DNA of 43,121 bases from Fistulifera solaris (lineage: Eukaryota): contig AP026173.1 of NCBI GenBank assembly GCA_030295235.1, positions 558,001 to 601,121 of the forward strand, in the 5' to 3' direction. The notes below the pieces were generated by a model. It was not told where the DNA came from. It ran no database searches and worked only from the letters and a program-made list of their open reading frames with translations. Position numbers and translations under genes: made by a program. Positions 26,501 to 36,835 of the stretch are shown piece after piece. Each line of letters begins with the position of its first letter. Position 1 is the stretch's first letter.

Positions 26501-27807
26501 TCGATAATTTGAGCTACTGCTTCCGTCGGGAGTGTAACATCCGTGGTGCGATCCGAAGTCGACTCGATCTCCGAATCAGGAGCTACAACATGAGCTGAGT
26601 CCGTTGCGAAATCGACAGGAGTCTGAAGTTGCTCATGGGTTTCTCGTTCAGATTCAACAGGTAATTCTGAATCCAACAGCGTTTCCATTTCACGACCATC
26701 GTCAAACTCAGAGACACACAATAACTTCGAGTCCGTGACTGCTGTATTTGATGCTGCATCGGTTGCATCGAGCTGTCGTTCACTGTCTAATGGAATTGTT
26801 TCTGTTGGAATGGCGTCATCCTTCGCTTCACCTACAGTTGATTCACTTGCGAATGATGGAATGAAGTCAGCATCCTGGCCGTGGAACAACCTGGACTCTA
26901 GGGCAGATTGTATTGCAAAATCCTTTTCAACTTCATGCGTGGCATTAACCAGCTGATCAGCATCTTGAGACATTGCTGCATCAGGTTGCAAGCTGCCTGA
27001 GATCATGTCCAATTTACGAGACTCTTCCGTTTCCTCCCCGCGGTCAGCATCGATCGGCTTTGGATCTACAACTTCTGTTTGAGATGGCTCATCATTTTCT
27101 AGTGAGAGAACCGAGGAAGTTTGAACAGATGCCTTTAACGAATTGGGTTTTGACTCGAGTTCAGACGTGGACATCAAGTCGGCGGTAATGTTTTGCTCTG
27201 TTTGCGTGTCAATCGAAACGTCTTGTTCGAATGCTGGATTTGCATTCTCCTCCTGTTTTGTCGCGAGTAAGTCTGACTCTGTCTCAAATTCGTTTGTTTG
27301 ATTCACACCCAAAACTACGTCGTCACTGAATATTGCGACAACCTTTTCTGTGATATCATGGGGAGTTTGGGTATCGGCGGTTTCTTGTTTAGTCAGATTT
27401 GGGTTTGTTAAACTCGTCCGTTCATCAAGTTCAATTGGATTGATCGAGGGTGCATTATCAACGATTCTCACAGATTTTTTCGGGGAAGCACGCCGGGGGC
27501 TGTCGAATGGAAGGTCATCTTCAATCGTTTCCTCGCTGTAGTCATCGTCCACGACTTCTTCTTCATATTCTTCCACAAATTCATCGGCATAGCTGTCATC
27601 GATAATCTCCTCTTCATAAAGATCCTCTTCGATTAATGCGCCACTTTCTTCGACAGCAGCAGGCTCGGAAGCGTCCGTGGCTTTTGTGGGCGTGGAATCA
27701 GGTGTTATGCTTGCCAAATTTTGTTCGGTGGAAATCGCGGTCGACAAGTCTACCGTCGTTGGATTCTGATCGTCAATGACTGGTACTTCTTTGCTCTCGA
27801 GAGACAT
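20581..27807 (-). CDS. FG-GAP repeat type II membrane protein B: ~1600-aa acidic N-terminal region, TM helix, two beta-propellers (~2400 aa)
   Basis: ORFs 24757-27840, 23258-24742, 21456-23021 (open upstream to ~23270) and 20581-21621 join by single-base indels at homopolymers (~24790, ~23275, ~21522). ATG at 27807 (MSLESKE). TM AAIFAIACAICLLLITLALAIPFLL, then ISFPTKAP and FG-GAP blades homologous to protein A. Confidence 0.8.
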
Positions 27808-28375
27808 TTTCAGCGACGATTTGGCTTCGGTTGGAAGCAACGATGAATGAAACCTTAGAGGACTGTTCTACCGTCGATGATTTGTTTCGCAATATACTGC
27901 TATCTCTTTTGACACCTTGATGCTTTGATTGAGGTGTTCAATGGAATTTTGGGTTGCCTTTGAAATCAAAAGGCCGCATGGAAGAATGAATTGGAATGAC
28001 ATGAATGACCATGGAACATGCAAATGATGACCCCGAGTAAAATTTCAGAAATTTCTCAACAGCAGGTGTGCACGTGTTACGTGGCAAGTGATACATTTAT
28101 GTATTGAGTCGCAGCGGGAAGGAGATGTTTTGAAGCTTGAGTCGCGCGCGGTGATCATCAACGCAAAGAAGCCCAGAAGCCCATTGTTTTCGTCGAAGGT
28201 GCTCAGCTAACTTCCTTTGCTAGAACTCTAGCAGTATAGAGAGATAACATTTTTCAAGAAAGTGACGAACGGGATGTTTTATGATTTGGCTTAGAACTAA
28301 ATTATACAAGTCACGCCTACAAAAGACGCGATGACCAATTGATATTTGTGTCGCAGGTTTATACATGGATTTGGC

Positions 28376-31168
28376 TTACCGTGGCGCTGATAAACGGCGC
28401 CCTGATAGGAGTTGCGATGGCGTGGAGGGAAGTATCTGCCCATCATATTCATGAGTCGGCCCATAAACGGTTACTTTACCATCAGTTGTTCCGACCACTA
28501 AAGATGATGCTCCAGATCCAGAAACAGAAATACTCGCTACACGCGCAAAGCCAGGATCTACTTCTTCAAAAACCGTCGACCAGTTTCCAAACTTTTCGAC
28601 GTAATCATATCGTCGAACCTTTCCTTGTGAAGTTGCAGCAAGGACTTGAATACCTGTCGCGCTCACGGTACCGCCAAGAAGATTCATCGCTCCAATTTTG
28701 TCACCGCTTTCTCCAACAATTTCATCCCCCACTTGAGCGTAGAGTCCGTTCATGGACTTGCGAAAAACAAGCACGCGACCAGATTCGTTTCCGTAATTGG
28801 GCGCCCCGATAGCAAACGTATCACCGTCATTTGATAACATCGCTACAGAGCTACCCAGACCTTCATCACTCTCAAACCCACCAATGGCAAACGCCAATTC
28901 CCAGTCAAATCCATTGTACTTGTAGACAAACGCTGTGCCTGGATCACTGTGTAAATCACTTCCCGGACTTCCCGCAATAAATGTCGTTCCGTCGTTTGAT
29001 AAAGCAACAGCTGATCCGAAGCGATCACCGGACCTTTCCCCAAGAAGAGGATCTGTTTCCATCGTTATCCAAGGACCAGTACTTCTGAGTGACTTCTCAA
29101 ATGTGTATACCCGTCCAATTTCAAAATCATTTAAATTGCTGAGTGGGGCGCCAATGACAACGCGGTAAGTGTTCTCCGTTACCGCAATGGAAACTGACGA
29201 GCCAAACTCTTCATTAGCAGAAAAGACGTCTTCATCGCCCCGTAAAGCTGCGCCTACCTGAATCCATGTTGAGCTATTATAAGTGTAAACGAACGCTCCG
29301 CCACCGGGTGTTGGTGTATCTTCTATGAGGAGGAAAGGGGCCCCGACAACTGCTGTCATATCAGCTACGCCCACCGACCACCCAAAACCACTACTGTCTT
29401 CTTCTCCGGCAACTATCTGTGGCGCTGATGAGGCTTCACTTTCGTCAAGAATATAACTATGCATCATACCGCTTTCTCGCGTGGGCAGGCCAGCAGCCAG
29501 TATGTCGCCATCGATTGCAACGCTATTGCCAAAGCCGGAAGATGGATCGCCCATGAATGGACCACTTGACAATTCGTATCGCAATGGAGTAGGCAACGGC
29601 GCCTCGCTGTCCTTTTCGTAGAATAAAATTAAAAGCACAACCCCTACTGCTAGGAGCAGCATCAACAACAAGTAAAGAATCCAAAAACATCGTTTTCTTT
29701 CTCTCAAATTCGGCGTATCCTCGTCAATGAACTTCTCTATTTCATCGTCATCTTCAATGGACTTTTCATCTGAATAAGCCTCCATAAATGCTGCTTCTGG
29801 ATCCTGTCCGTCACTCATTTGTACAATGACTTCCTCTTCATTTTCGGGGCCCGAATGATATTCTTCGAACTTAAAGTTGTAGCCATTCAACTCATCGTAC
29901 GCTGTTTGGTCTTCCGTGTCACGAGCATCTTGAAAATAAAGGGGCTTACTATCCGTTACAATATCGTCATTCCATTGACGATTCCCGCTCAACACATTCG
30001 ATCTCGGACCACTAAAAGCATAACCAAGCGGAGGAGGTTCATCCACTTCTTGGAAGTAATAATCACTATCTGCAATGGAAGCCGCAGGAATTTCTTGCAC
30101 TTGATCAAAGTAGTGGTCACTGGTTAAAAATGTCTTTGCACGGTCGGCGCGATCATCTGCTCTATTCTGAGAAGCTACTTCGGGCCACGACGACTGAAAT
30201 ATTGCTACTGCCGGTGGATCCATTGCTCGTGGAGTATTCTGAAGATGCGATGGTGGTGTACCCCTCTCCGAGTTGCTGTACATTGGTGCCGAATAAGGTT
30301 CGGTTTCCACGGGAAAGGGCCATGGTTGAATAATGGGCTTTTCTTGATCAAAAAGCGGGGGTTCGTTTGAGGGAATGATAGTACGATTTTTCTCCATCGG
30401 CCCCGTCACGATGACGGGTACTGGTTGTAAAGTGGGCGCCGGTTCGTATCTTGGCTGTTCCTGTAGAAACGGATTCGACTCTGCTTTTGATTCCGTTCCA
30501 GGAAACTCAAGTACAACTGGCTCACAACTATGAAGCATGGGAGTATTCCATTCTCTCGTCGCAATATTTCCTTGTTCCGGTGTTCCGAATGTCTCCGGGG
30601 ATGAGACTTCGACATCTGGCGTTATTATTTTCGATCCTACCATTCGATCGGTTTTGTTGCGACCATCATCCACTTCTGCGTCATCGTACGAGATTTGGGC
30701 CGGAAACGAGTCGACATTCTGTTCGTCTTTCATTTGATCCTTATTTAAGCAATCTTGGACCAGTTCGTCATCGGATGGGTCTTCGAAAATATTGACGTTT
30801 CTATCACTCTCTACATTCAAGTCATGAAAATCTCCTTCCATTGTTTCTTCTTCGAAAAGTGAAGTGAAGCTCTGTTGAAAATTTCGACTCGAGTCATCGT
30901 GAATGGTTTCTTCCACAAACGTAGATGATTCATCGCTGTCGTCGTTCGGCAGGAAACTGTTTTCTGTCGGATCGGATTCAACCTCTTCTTCGATGCGGGT
31001 CATACTCCAACGACGTGTTGGTGATAACGGATGGGAGGAATTTCGAATGCGTGGCGTCGCTGGTGATTGCGGTGATACGAGGGTGGCGGTGGTTCGCTCC
31101 TTCGAGGAGTCGGTCGATAATAGTGGCCGATCCGAGAAAGAGTCATTTTCCCCAGAATCAATCTCCAT
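28376..31168 (-). CDS. FG-GAP repeat type II membrane protein C: acidic/Pro-rich N-terminal region, TM helix, one beta-propeller
   Basis: 941-aa ORF with a likely ATG at 31168 (MEIDSGE). RERKR-CFWILYLLLMLLLAVGVVLLILFY TM helix, then blades homologous to the first propeller of A and B (RGDEDVFSANEEFGSSVS, GAPLSNLNDFEIGRVYTFE). The 3' end is uncertain because a GTAAG overlaps the stop. Confidence 0.85.
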   Translation of the reverse strand: MEIDSGENDSFSDRPLLSTDSSKERTTATLVSPQSPATPRIRNSSHPLSPTRRWSMTRIEEEVESDPTENSFLPNDDSDESSTFVEETIHDDSSRNFQQSFTSLFEEETMEGDFHDLNVESDRNVNIFEDPSDDELVQDCLNKDQMKDEQNVDSFPAQISYDDAEVDDGRNKTDRMVGSKIITPDVEVSSPETFGTPEQGNIATREWNTPMLHSCEPVVLEFPGTESKAESNPFLQEQPRYEPAPTLQPVPVIVTGPMEKNRTIIPSNEPPLFDQEKPIIQPWPFPVETEPYSAPMYSNSERGTPPSHLQNTPRAMDPPAVAIFQSSWPEVASQNRADDRADRAKTFLTSDHYFDQVQEIPAASIADSDYYFQEVDEPPPLGYAFSGPRSNVLSGNRQWNDDIVTDSKPLYFQDARDTEDQTAYDELNGYNFKFEEYHSGPENEEEVIVQMSDGQDPEAAFMEAYSDEKSIEDDDEIEKFIDEDTPNLRERKRCFWILYLLLMLLLAVGVVLLILFYEKDSEAPLPTPLRYELSSGPFMGDPSSGFGNSVAIDGDILAAGLPTRESGMMHSYILDESEASSAPQIVAGEEDSSGFGWSVGVADMTAVVGAPFLLIEDTPTPGGGAFVYTYNSSTWIQVGAALRGDEDVFSANEEFGSSVSIAVTENTYRVVIGAPLSNLNDFEIGRVYTFEKSLRSTGPWITMETDPLLGERSGDRFGSAVALSNDGTTFIAGSPGSDLHSDPGTAFVYKYNGFDWELAFAIGGFESDEGLGSSVAMLSNDGDTFAIGAPNYGNESGRVLVFRKSMNGLYAQVGDEIVGESGDKIGAMNLLGGTVSATGIQVLAATSQGKVRRYDYVEKFGNWSTVFEEVDPGFARVASISVSGSGASSLVVGTTDGKVTVYGPTHEYDGQILPSTPSQLLSGRRLSAPR

Positions 31169-31625
31169 ACTTGAAATGAAACGTCCGTTTTCGACAAACA
31201 AAAATGTGCCAGTATACGACAGACGAAAGTCTCTTTATCGAATCAAACTACCTGATACAGTGAGATCTTGATGATTTACTTGCCCTTTACTGCGTCTTTC
31301 TGGAGCCATTTTTTGTTTGTGTCAAGGGATGTCGAAAATAAAAAAATATTGGCCCCATTCGATGTTTTTTGGTCACATAGAAGATCCCATATATCTACAA
31401 AACGTGTTCTAACCGTTGACAAGCCCACCGAATTTCGAGTTGACGAAAACTTCCTCCTTGCACTCGGGCCTCAATAATTGTGTCCCGTTCAATGGCTACG
31501 GTACTGGTATGATGATCTATGATCATCTATGGTGCTTGCTTACTGCGAGAACCCACGTCAGCTAGTCTTTACTAAATTATGAACAATTGTACTATTACTT
31601 TAAAATACACGTCTCGTGCGACGCA

Positions 31626-33593
31626 TCAAATCTCAACTCGAACAACAACAGGTTCGTTTGCTTGTGATATTTTGATTAAATCATGATTTGTTGACGGTAG
31701 AGGAGCATCTGAATCGGATATGTTTGCGGACGGAAAACTCGACGCTGGCTCCACACTATGTGACACGTCTTTATTGGACTGAGAGCTGTTACCTTGGGAA
31801 GAGGACCCCATCGCCTCGCAATCTAGCTCGTCCAAATCAATGACTAGATTTTGCGTTTCATGCGAAAATAACACTGTGTTTTCGTCAGTAAAATGAGGGA
31901 GGTTCGATTCATCCACCAAATCCGATGGTTGCGGAGCAAGCGCTTCTGGATCCTCTGCTGATAGAGCATAACCATCAGTCACGTGATCCGCACTATCTAC
32001 ATCATCCGAAGCAACACATTGTGGGGTGCAAGCGCCTGGCATTTCTGAAATGCAGTCCCTCGTTGAGCTTGAATCCCCATCAAGCAATGTAGGGTAGGGT
32101 ATATTTAACGACGTCTCCTCGTAATAAATTTGCTCGGCAATGTCTAGTCGTCTGCAATTGTCCTCCAGTCTATCAGAATGACCAGGCCGTTCCTCTATTA
32201 TTTCCTCAACATCCGGGGCACCCACAGAAACTTTGATTGTCGCCTCCTCGCTAGTCGACATTGTCTCATCGGCGTCTTCACCATGTGTCACTATCCTTAT
32301 TTGCTCTTCGGATTCTCCAGTAGATATCTCGGTCAACAATTCCTCATTGGTGCTATTTACTTCAACGATTCCGTTTGACCTATTCTCGATTGTCGCGTCC
32401 TTCTTCGCAATGATTATTGCTTCTTCCCTACGCTCACATCCTTGCAGCTCCTGCTCGATCGGCCCTGATGATAATTCACTCTCACTCGGAATTTGGCGCG
32501 CGGACAGGGACGCAAGCAATGCTTCTTTCCGCTTGGTGCGTTCTGATTTTTCGAAATCCTCCTTCGGCTTTCGGGGTGTGGACTCTGGTTTTGGTTTAAT
32601 GTTCTGGTTTCGCACATAATTTTCTTCATCGCTTTTTCGATTCTCATTACGTCGCGTTTTCTGTTCCTCGTTGGGTTCCTCTTTTAGTTTCGTCGTTTTT
32701 CGTTTCTGTTTGGGATCATTGTTATTTCGCTTTCGTTCTCCTTCGGGCGTCGGTGGCATTTTGGATCGCATGGGTCGTCGCGCCTCTTTCTTTTTATTCT
32801 TTTTCTTTTGGATTTCTCCTTAAAGGTCTTAATGGTGTCTTCTTTTTCTCTTCATGCAAATAGGTGACACTTTGGATGCGGAATTCCATCTGTTCAATTT
32901 CGCAGGACTTTTCATACAATAAATCGTCCGCTTCTCGGACGGCCTGTCGCAAAAAGGCAATCGTCTTTTTCAATCCTTCACATTCTTTGCATTTTCGTTG
33001 ATAGAGCTCTTGTAAAATCTCAATTTCGGTGTCTGGCGAATGCGCTTCTGTGCCGCCATTTTCTCGGGTGCCAGCAGCTAGAGATTGTTCTGCCACATTT
33101 TCCTCCGTATCTCTTTCCGCCTCCAGTCCTTCTGTCGGTAGCCCCGATAGCTCCTCTGGCTTGTCGACGAACGATGGCTCGTGAACTATCCTCGCCGGCT
33201 CGATTACCGATTCATCGCTTCGGGTCAAAATGTTGACGCGTAACTCCTCCTCGCTCCCGTCAAGTACGACACCAGGTTCGACCATCTCAGGGGATGATGA
33301 ACCAAAATCTTCATCGATACGAATGCTTTCGTTTCGGCCGGTCACAATTCCTGCAAAAATGCAATGCAAGCAAAATTTTCTAATGTGCCTCTACTTTTTA
33401 TTCGCGGTCTAGTACTTTCTAGTTTTATAGTAAAGTACTTTAAGCGGGTTGCTTAAAGCGTAAATTTACAGTACACCCTATACTATGTGCGCTAGTATCC
33501 TTATTAGTGTACAGTCCTAATACCTGTACGACTTTTTTCGGGGTGTTGCTTGTTTGAACGTATTTTTCGAGGACCACTTTCATGCACTTTCAT
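31626..33593 (-). CDS. Hypothetical acidic/coiled-coil protein; 2 exons (intron 33351-33523), one frameshift near 32800
   Basis: A 70-nt exon 1 (MKVHESGPRKIRSNKQHPEKSRTG) splices in phase to ORF 32794-33369, which has the coiled coil LQELYQRKCKECEGLKKTIAFLRQ. It joins ORF 31626-32771 across an A-rich run. Confidence 0.6.
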
Positions 33594-33726
33594 TGCAATT
33601 TGCAATGCAACAAACGAAATGACAAAAGCTTTTGTCGTGAAGAGAATACGATCGTTATCGAACGGTTTTGGCTTCACAAACTCGAAAAATAATCCGATTG
33701 CGTGTGATTAGCCGGACAACGACGGC

Positions 33727-34801
33727 ATGATGGGAATAAATACGTTCAACAATCGGCGTAGGACAACGCTTTTCATGTGGTTCTGGATCACGCAATTCCT
33801 ACGGCATGCCTATGCCGACGAGGATTTGTTCGTGACGGGCACGACTCCGTTTCTGAACCGCAAAGATTCCAATCCGTTCGCCCCCGATCGAACCTCACAG
33901 GCTCCCTACGTGCACTGGACTTGTTACGATAGCCAAAAATCAATGACTCCATTGCAGTGCTGTCAAACCATTTATCAAATGATCCAAACGGATCCCGAAA
34001 CACTCCGCTGGAGAACCAAACAGAGTGCGCCTTCGAAATTTGATAAGAAAGACTTTTTACAGTACTGTACCAAAAATCTACGACCGATACCGACTTCTCA
34101 TCCAGCATCCGGACCGACGGCTCGCTACACACTCGTCCGTGTCCCCGAAGGAACAAAATTAAACATTCGCAATTGGTCCCAAATATTCGGGTCGACTACC
34201 GGAAGTGGAATTCCGACTCACCAATGGTCTTCCGATGACGTGATCTCACCGATTGCCCCGTCCCGGAAAGCCAGGCAATTGTTTCTTGCCACCAAAGAAG
34301 AAGATGAAGAACCATCCACAACAACCTTTAGTGCCCAATTACAGACAGTATTTGTCGCCGATGAAGACAATGACACCAAACGGTATCTCCGACATACACT
34401 GACTTTACCAGCAATCTCCGAAACACCGGTTACCATCGACATGCACATACTATTGTTTCTTCCCGAAGGGGGTCGCTTTGGGGAAACAAAGTCGCGGCGT
34501 GACTTCTTGTATCACAGAGAAATGCGAGGTCGAGACTCGCACCACGTTATCCACACAAACGTCCTTGACGCAACTGGATGTGGTGACCACTCGATTGAAT
34601 GCAACGCTCGAGGGAAATTCATTGCAATGGATGACACAATTGATTTTAGAAGACGACGAAAGTTACACGATACCGGCTCCGATCCTTCATCACGGAAAGC
34701 TGATCATAGACGACCGAGAACTCGAATTTGACGGGGAAGCTACCATGGCAAATCCAATTGTGACCGATGTAGAAGAAGCATGGAAGGGGGATGAGTTGTA
34801 A
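33727..34801 (+). CDS. Hypothetical secretory-pathway protein with signal peptide and C-terminal KGDEL (frameshift near 34470)
   Basis: N-terminal LFMWFWITQFLRHAYA-DED signal, a Cys-containing N-terminal domain, and ORF 34478-34801 ending in KGDEL*. Confidence 0.55.
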
Positions 34802-35052
34802 ATTTTAAAAAAAGTATGTGTAGGGCTTACGAAGAGCGATCTGGAATCATGGATTCAAAGTAAATGGAATTGATTCTTTCGTCGAGTCGCAGTGCCCATC
34901 ATTTTGAGTTAGAATTGGATGATAAGCTAAAGAAACAAACTAAGCTAGTTTTAGGCAGTACAAGACTGATAATGTCGCAACCGGAAAACTAAACACGGTA
35001 TCTCAACTATGTTCATCTACTAGGAATAATAAAGACTTAATGAGGTATTCGT

Positions 35053-35835
35053 TTACTTGGTGTCGACGCTCAACAAAAGATTGGATCCGCCAGATTCTCC
35101 GCCACCGCCCGGTAAATAGACGATATTGCGCGATTGCGCCAACTTTCCGGCAATTTCTTTCGCTGCATCAATACGGCGAACTTCGACAATGGCGTTTCCT
35201 GTCTTCTCCATCGCCTTGGTAATGATACTCGCCGCTTCCGCTTCTCCCTCGGCACGCGTCACCACCGCAATCCGTTCTTGCTCCGCCTTTTGACGACCCA
35301 CTGCTGACGTTCCGCTTCCTGCGAAGCGACCTGTTTCATTTCAATAGCTTTCATGAATTCTCTTCCGAACGTTAAATGAGTAATCGCCACATCATCCAAA
35401 GTCAAATGAAAGTGTCGAGCTCTCTTGGTCATGGCTTCCTTGATGCGGTTAGAGACTTCCGCACGCTTCGACAAGAGTTCTTCGGCATTGTACTGCGCCA
35501 CAATCGATTTCAAGACTTCATTTCCAGTCGAGGGCAATTCAACAATGGGACGCCAGAGCACACGGAGTTTAATGTTGACCACGAATAGTACCGGTAATGG
35601 AGGGAATTTCGCGGGGCTTGGTACGAACGTCCATCACAATGGGTCGTTGCACGACGGGAATCATGAAATGAGTGCCTTCTCCTCGGACATCGGAACGAAT
35701 ACCCCCGCGGAGGGTATCGAAGAGAACCGCCCGTTCTCCTCCGTCCACATTGTATATGCACTGCGAGACCGTGAATGTTCCCACCGCGAGTACTCCAGAG
35801 AGACGTCCGAGTCGATTTAATGCTGCTTCTGCCAT
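35053..35835 (-). pseudogene. PHB1: Prohibitin (PHB1-like) with internal deletions and frameshifts; pseudogene or mis-assembled
   Basis: YNVDGGERAVLFD, GEGTHFMIP, DVRTKPREIPSITGT, VNIKLRVLWRP, GNEVLKSIVAQYNAEELL, LDDVAITHLTFGREF..AIE.KQVASQEAER, AEGEAEAA, RRIDAAKEIA..L. The conserved KDLQM and the ..LG.D.DERV segment are absent. Confidence 0.8.
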
Positions 35836-36331
35836 TGTTGAATGAAATGAAAGCGAATTATGGAATGATACAAGTTGTGTTATTTATTTGCTCGCTTCTC
35901 CACCGCTGCGCTTTTTTCATGGAGCAGAGTGATCGGGTCTCAAGTTGGTTATGTGACAGGGATCTTGTAGTGTAGCGTTGAACATAGTTGCAAAAGTTAT
36001 CTTACGGCCATGTAGCAAACTCCCCGGAGAAACGAAAAGATCGGATGGGAACGAAAAACGCACCGTCCGTCTGTGCCACCGCTTGACAACATAACCTGTT
36101 CTGATTCACGCCATCGAGTCACGAATCTGGCGTCCTTCAATTCCGAGTGCGTCAGTGCGTCAACACAAAATTCTGTTCTGCGTTCTTTTCTTGACACACT
36201 TCTTGACTACTGGCCACACACTTCCGTTGACCCGCCGATCCACCCGAACGTCAACAGCATTCATCCAAACAGGATCTTGTTACACGAACAATAGTCAACA
36301 ATCATCATCCAAACAATAGTCAACAATCATC

Positions 36332-36661
36332 ATGGGCCAACAAATGAGAGACAAGGCGGCAACCAACCCGCCCCATTATCACAACATGAAGGAAACAAAT
36401 GACGAACCCATCTCGTCGACACCACCCATTTCACGCTCGATCAAAATCGTTCCCGCTCCATTGAACTCGTTGCAATTGCAACAAGAGAATTACGAGGCTT
36501 TTGTGCATGGACGGGATGACAAGATGTATAACCGCATTGCGATGAGTCGTAGTAGTGGCAATCCTCCTCTCGTGGTCCTCAATCATACACCCGACGATGT
36601 TGAACCCGAGAAGGAGACGTCGTATGAGGAGGAGGAAGGCATTTTTGAAATCGATCTCTGA
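36332..36661 (+). CDS. Small hypothetical protein ending in an acidic EEEEGIFEIDL motif
   Basis: Intact 109-aa ORF with an ATG after a CA-rich leader; D.KMY.RI and a C-terminal IFEIDL resemble a small-protein type I recall from diatom proteomes (not checked). Confidence 0.6.
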   Translation: MGQQMRDKAATNPPHYHNMKETNDEPISSTPPISRSIKIVPAPLNSLQLQQENYEAFVHGRDDKMYNRIAMSRSSGNPPLVVLNHTPDDVEPEKETSYEEEEGIFEIDL

Positions 36662-36835
36662 TTTATTTCACTCATGGTCGATTCAGGGAAATGGTATTTT
36701 GGTTGCGGTCGTTTTTGTTACGTTTTCAAGGACGAATGAACTTTTTTGAAGCTTTTTGCATGCTACACTTTTTCCGGAAGCGCAACTCTTTATTTTTGGC
36801 TACTTGAACCAATTTTCTGGCTAGCTTTTTACAAT

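Noticed and set aside
17480..29245. RGD tripeptide (LRGDED) in each FG-GAP paralogue as an integrin-ligand motif
   Set aside because: It sits in the blade-linking L.G position typical of these repeats; no evidence of ligand function.
36287..36334. Short direct repeat AACAATAGTCAACAATCATCAT, two copies
   Set aside because: A simple local duplication in a 5' leader; two units without spacers, so not CRISPR-like.
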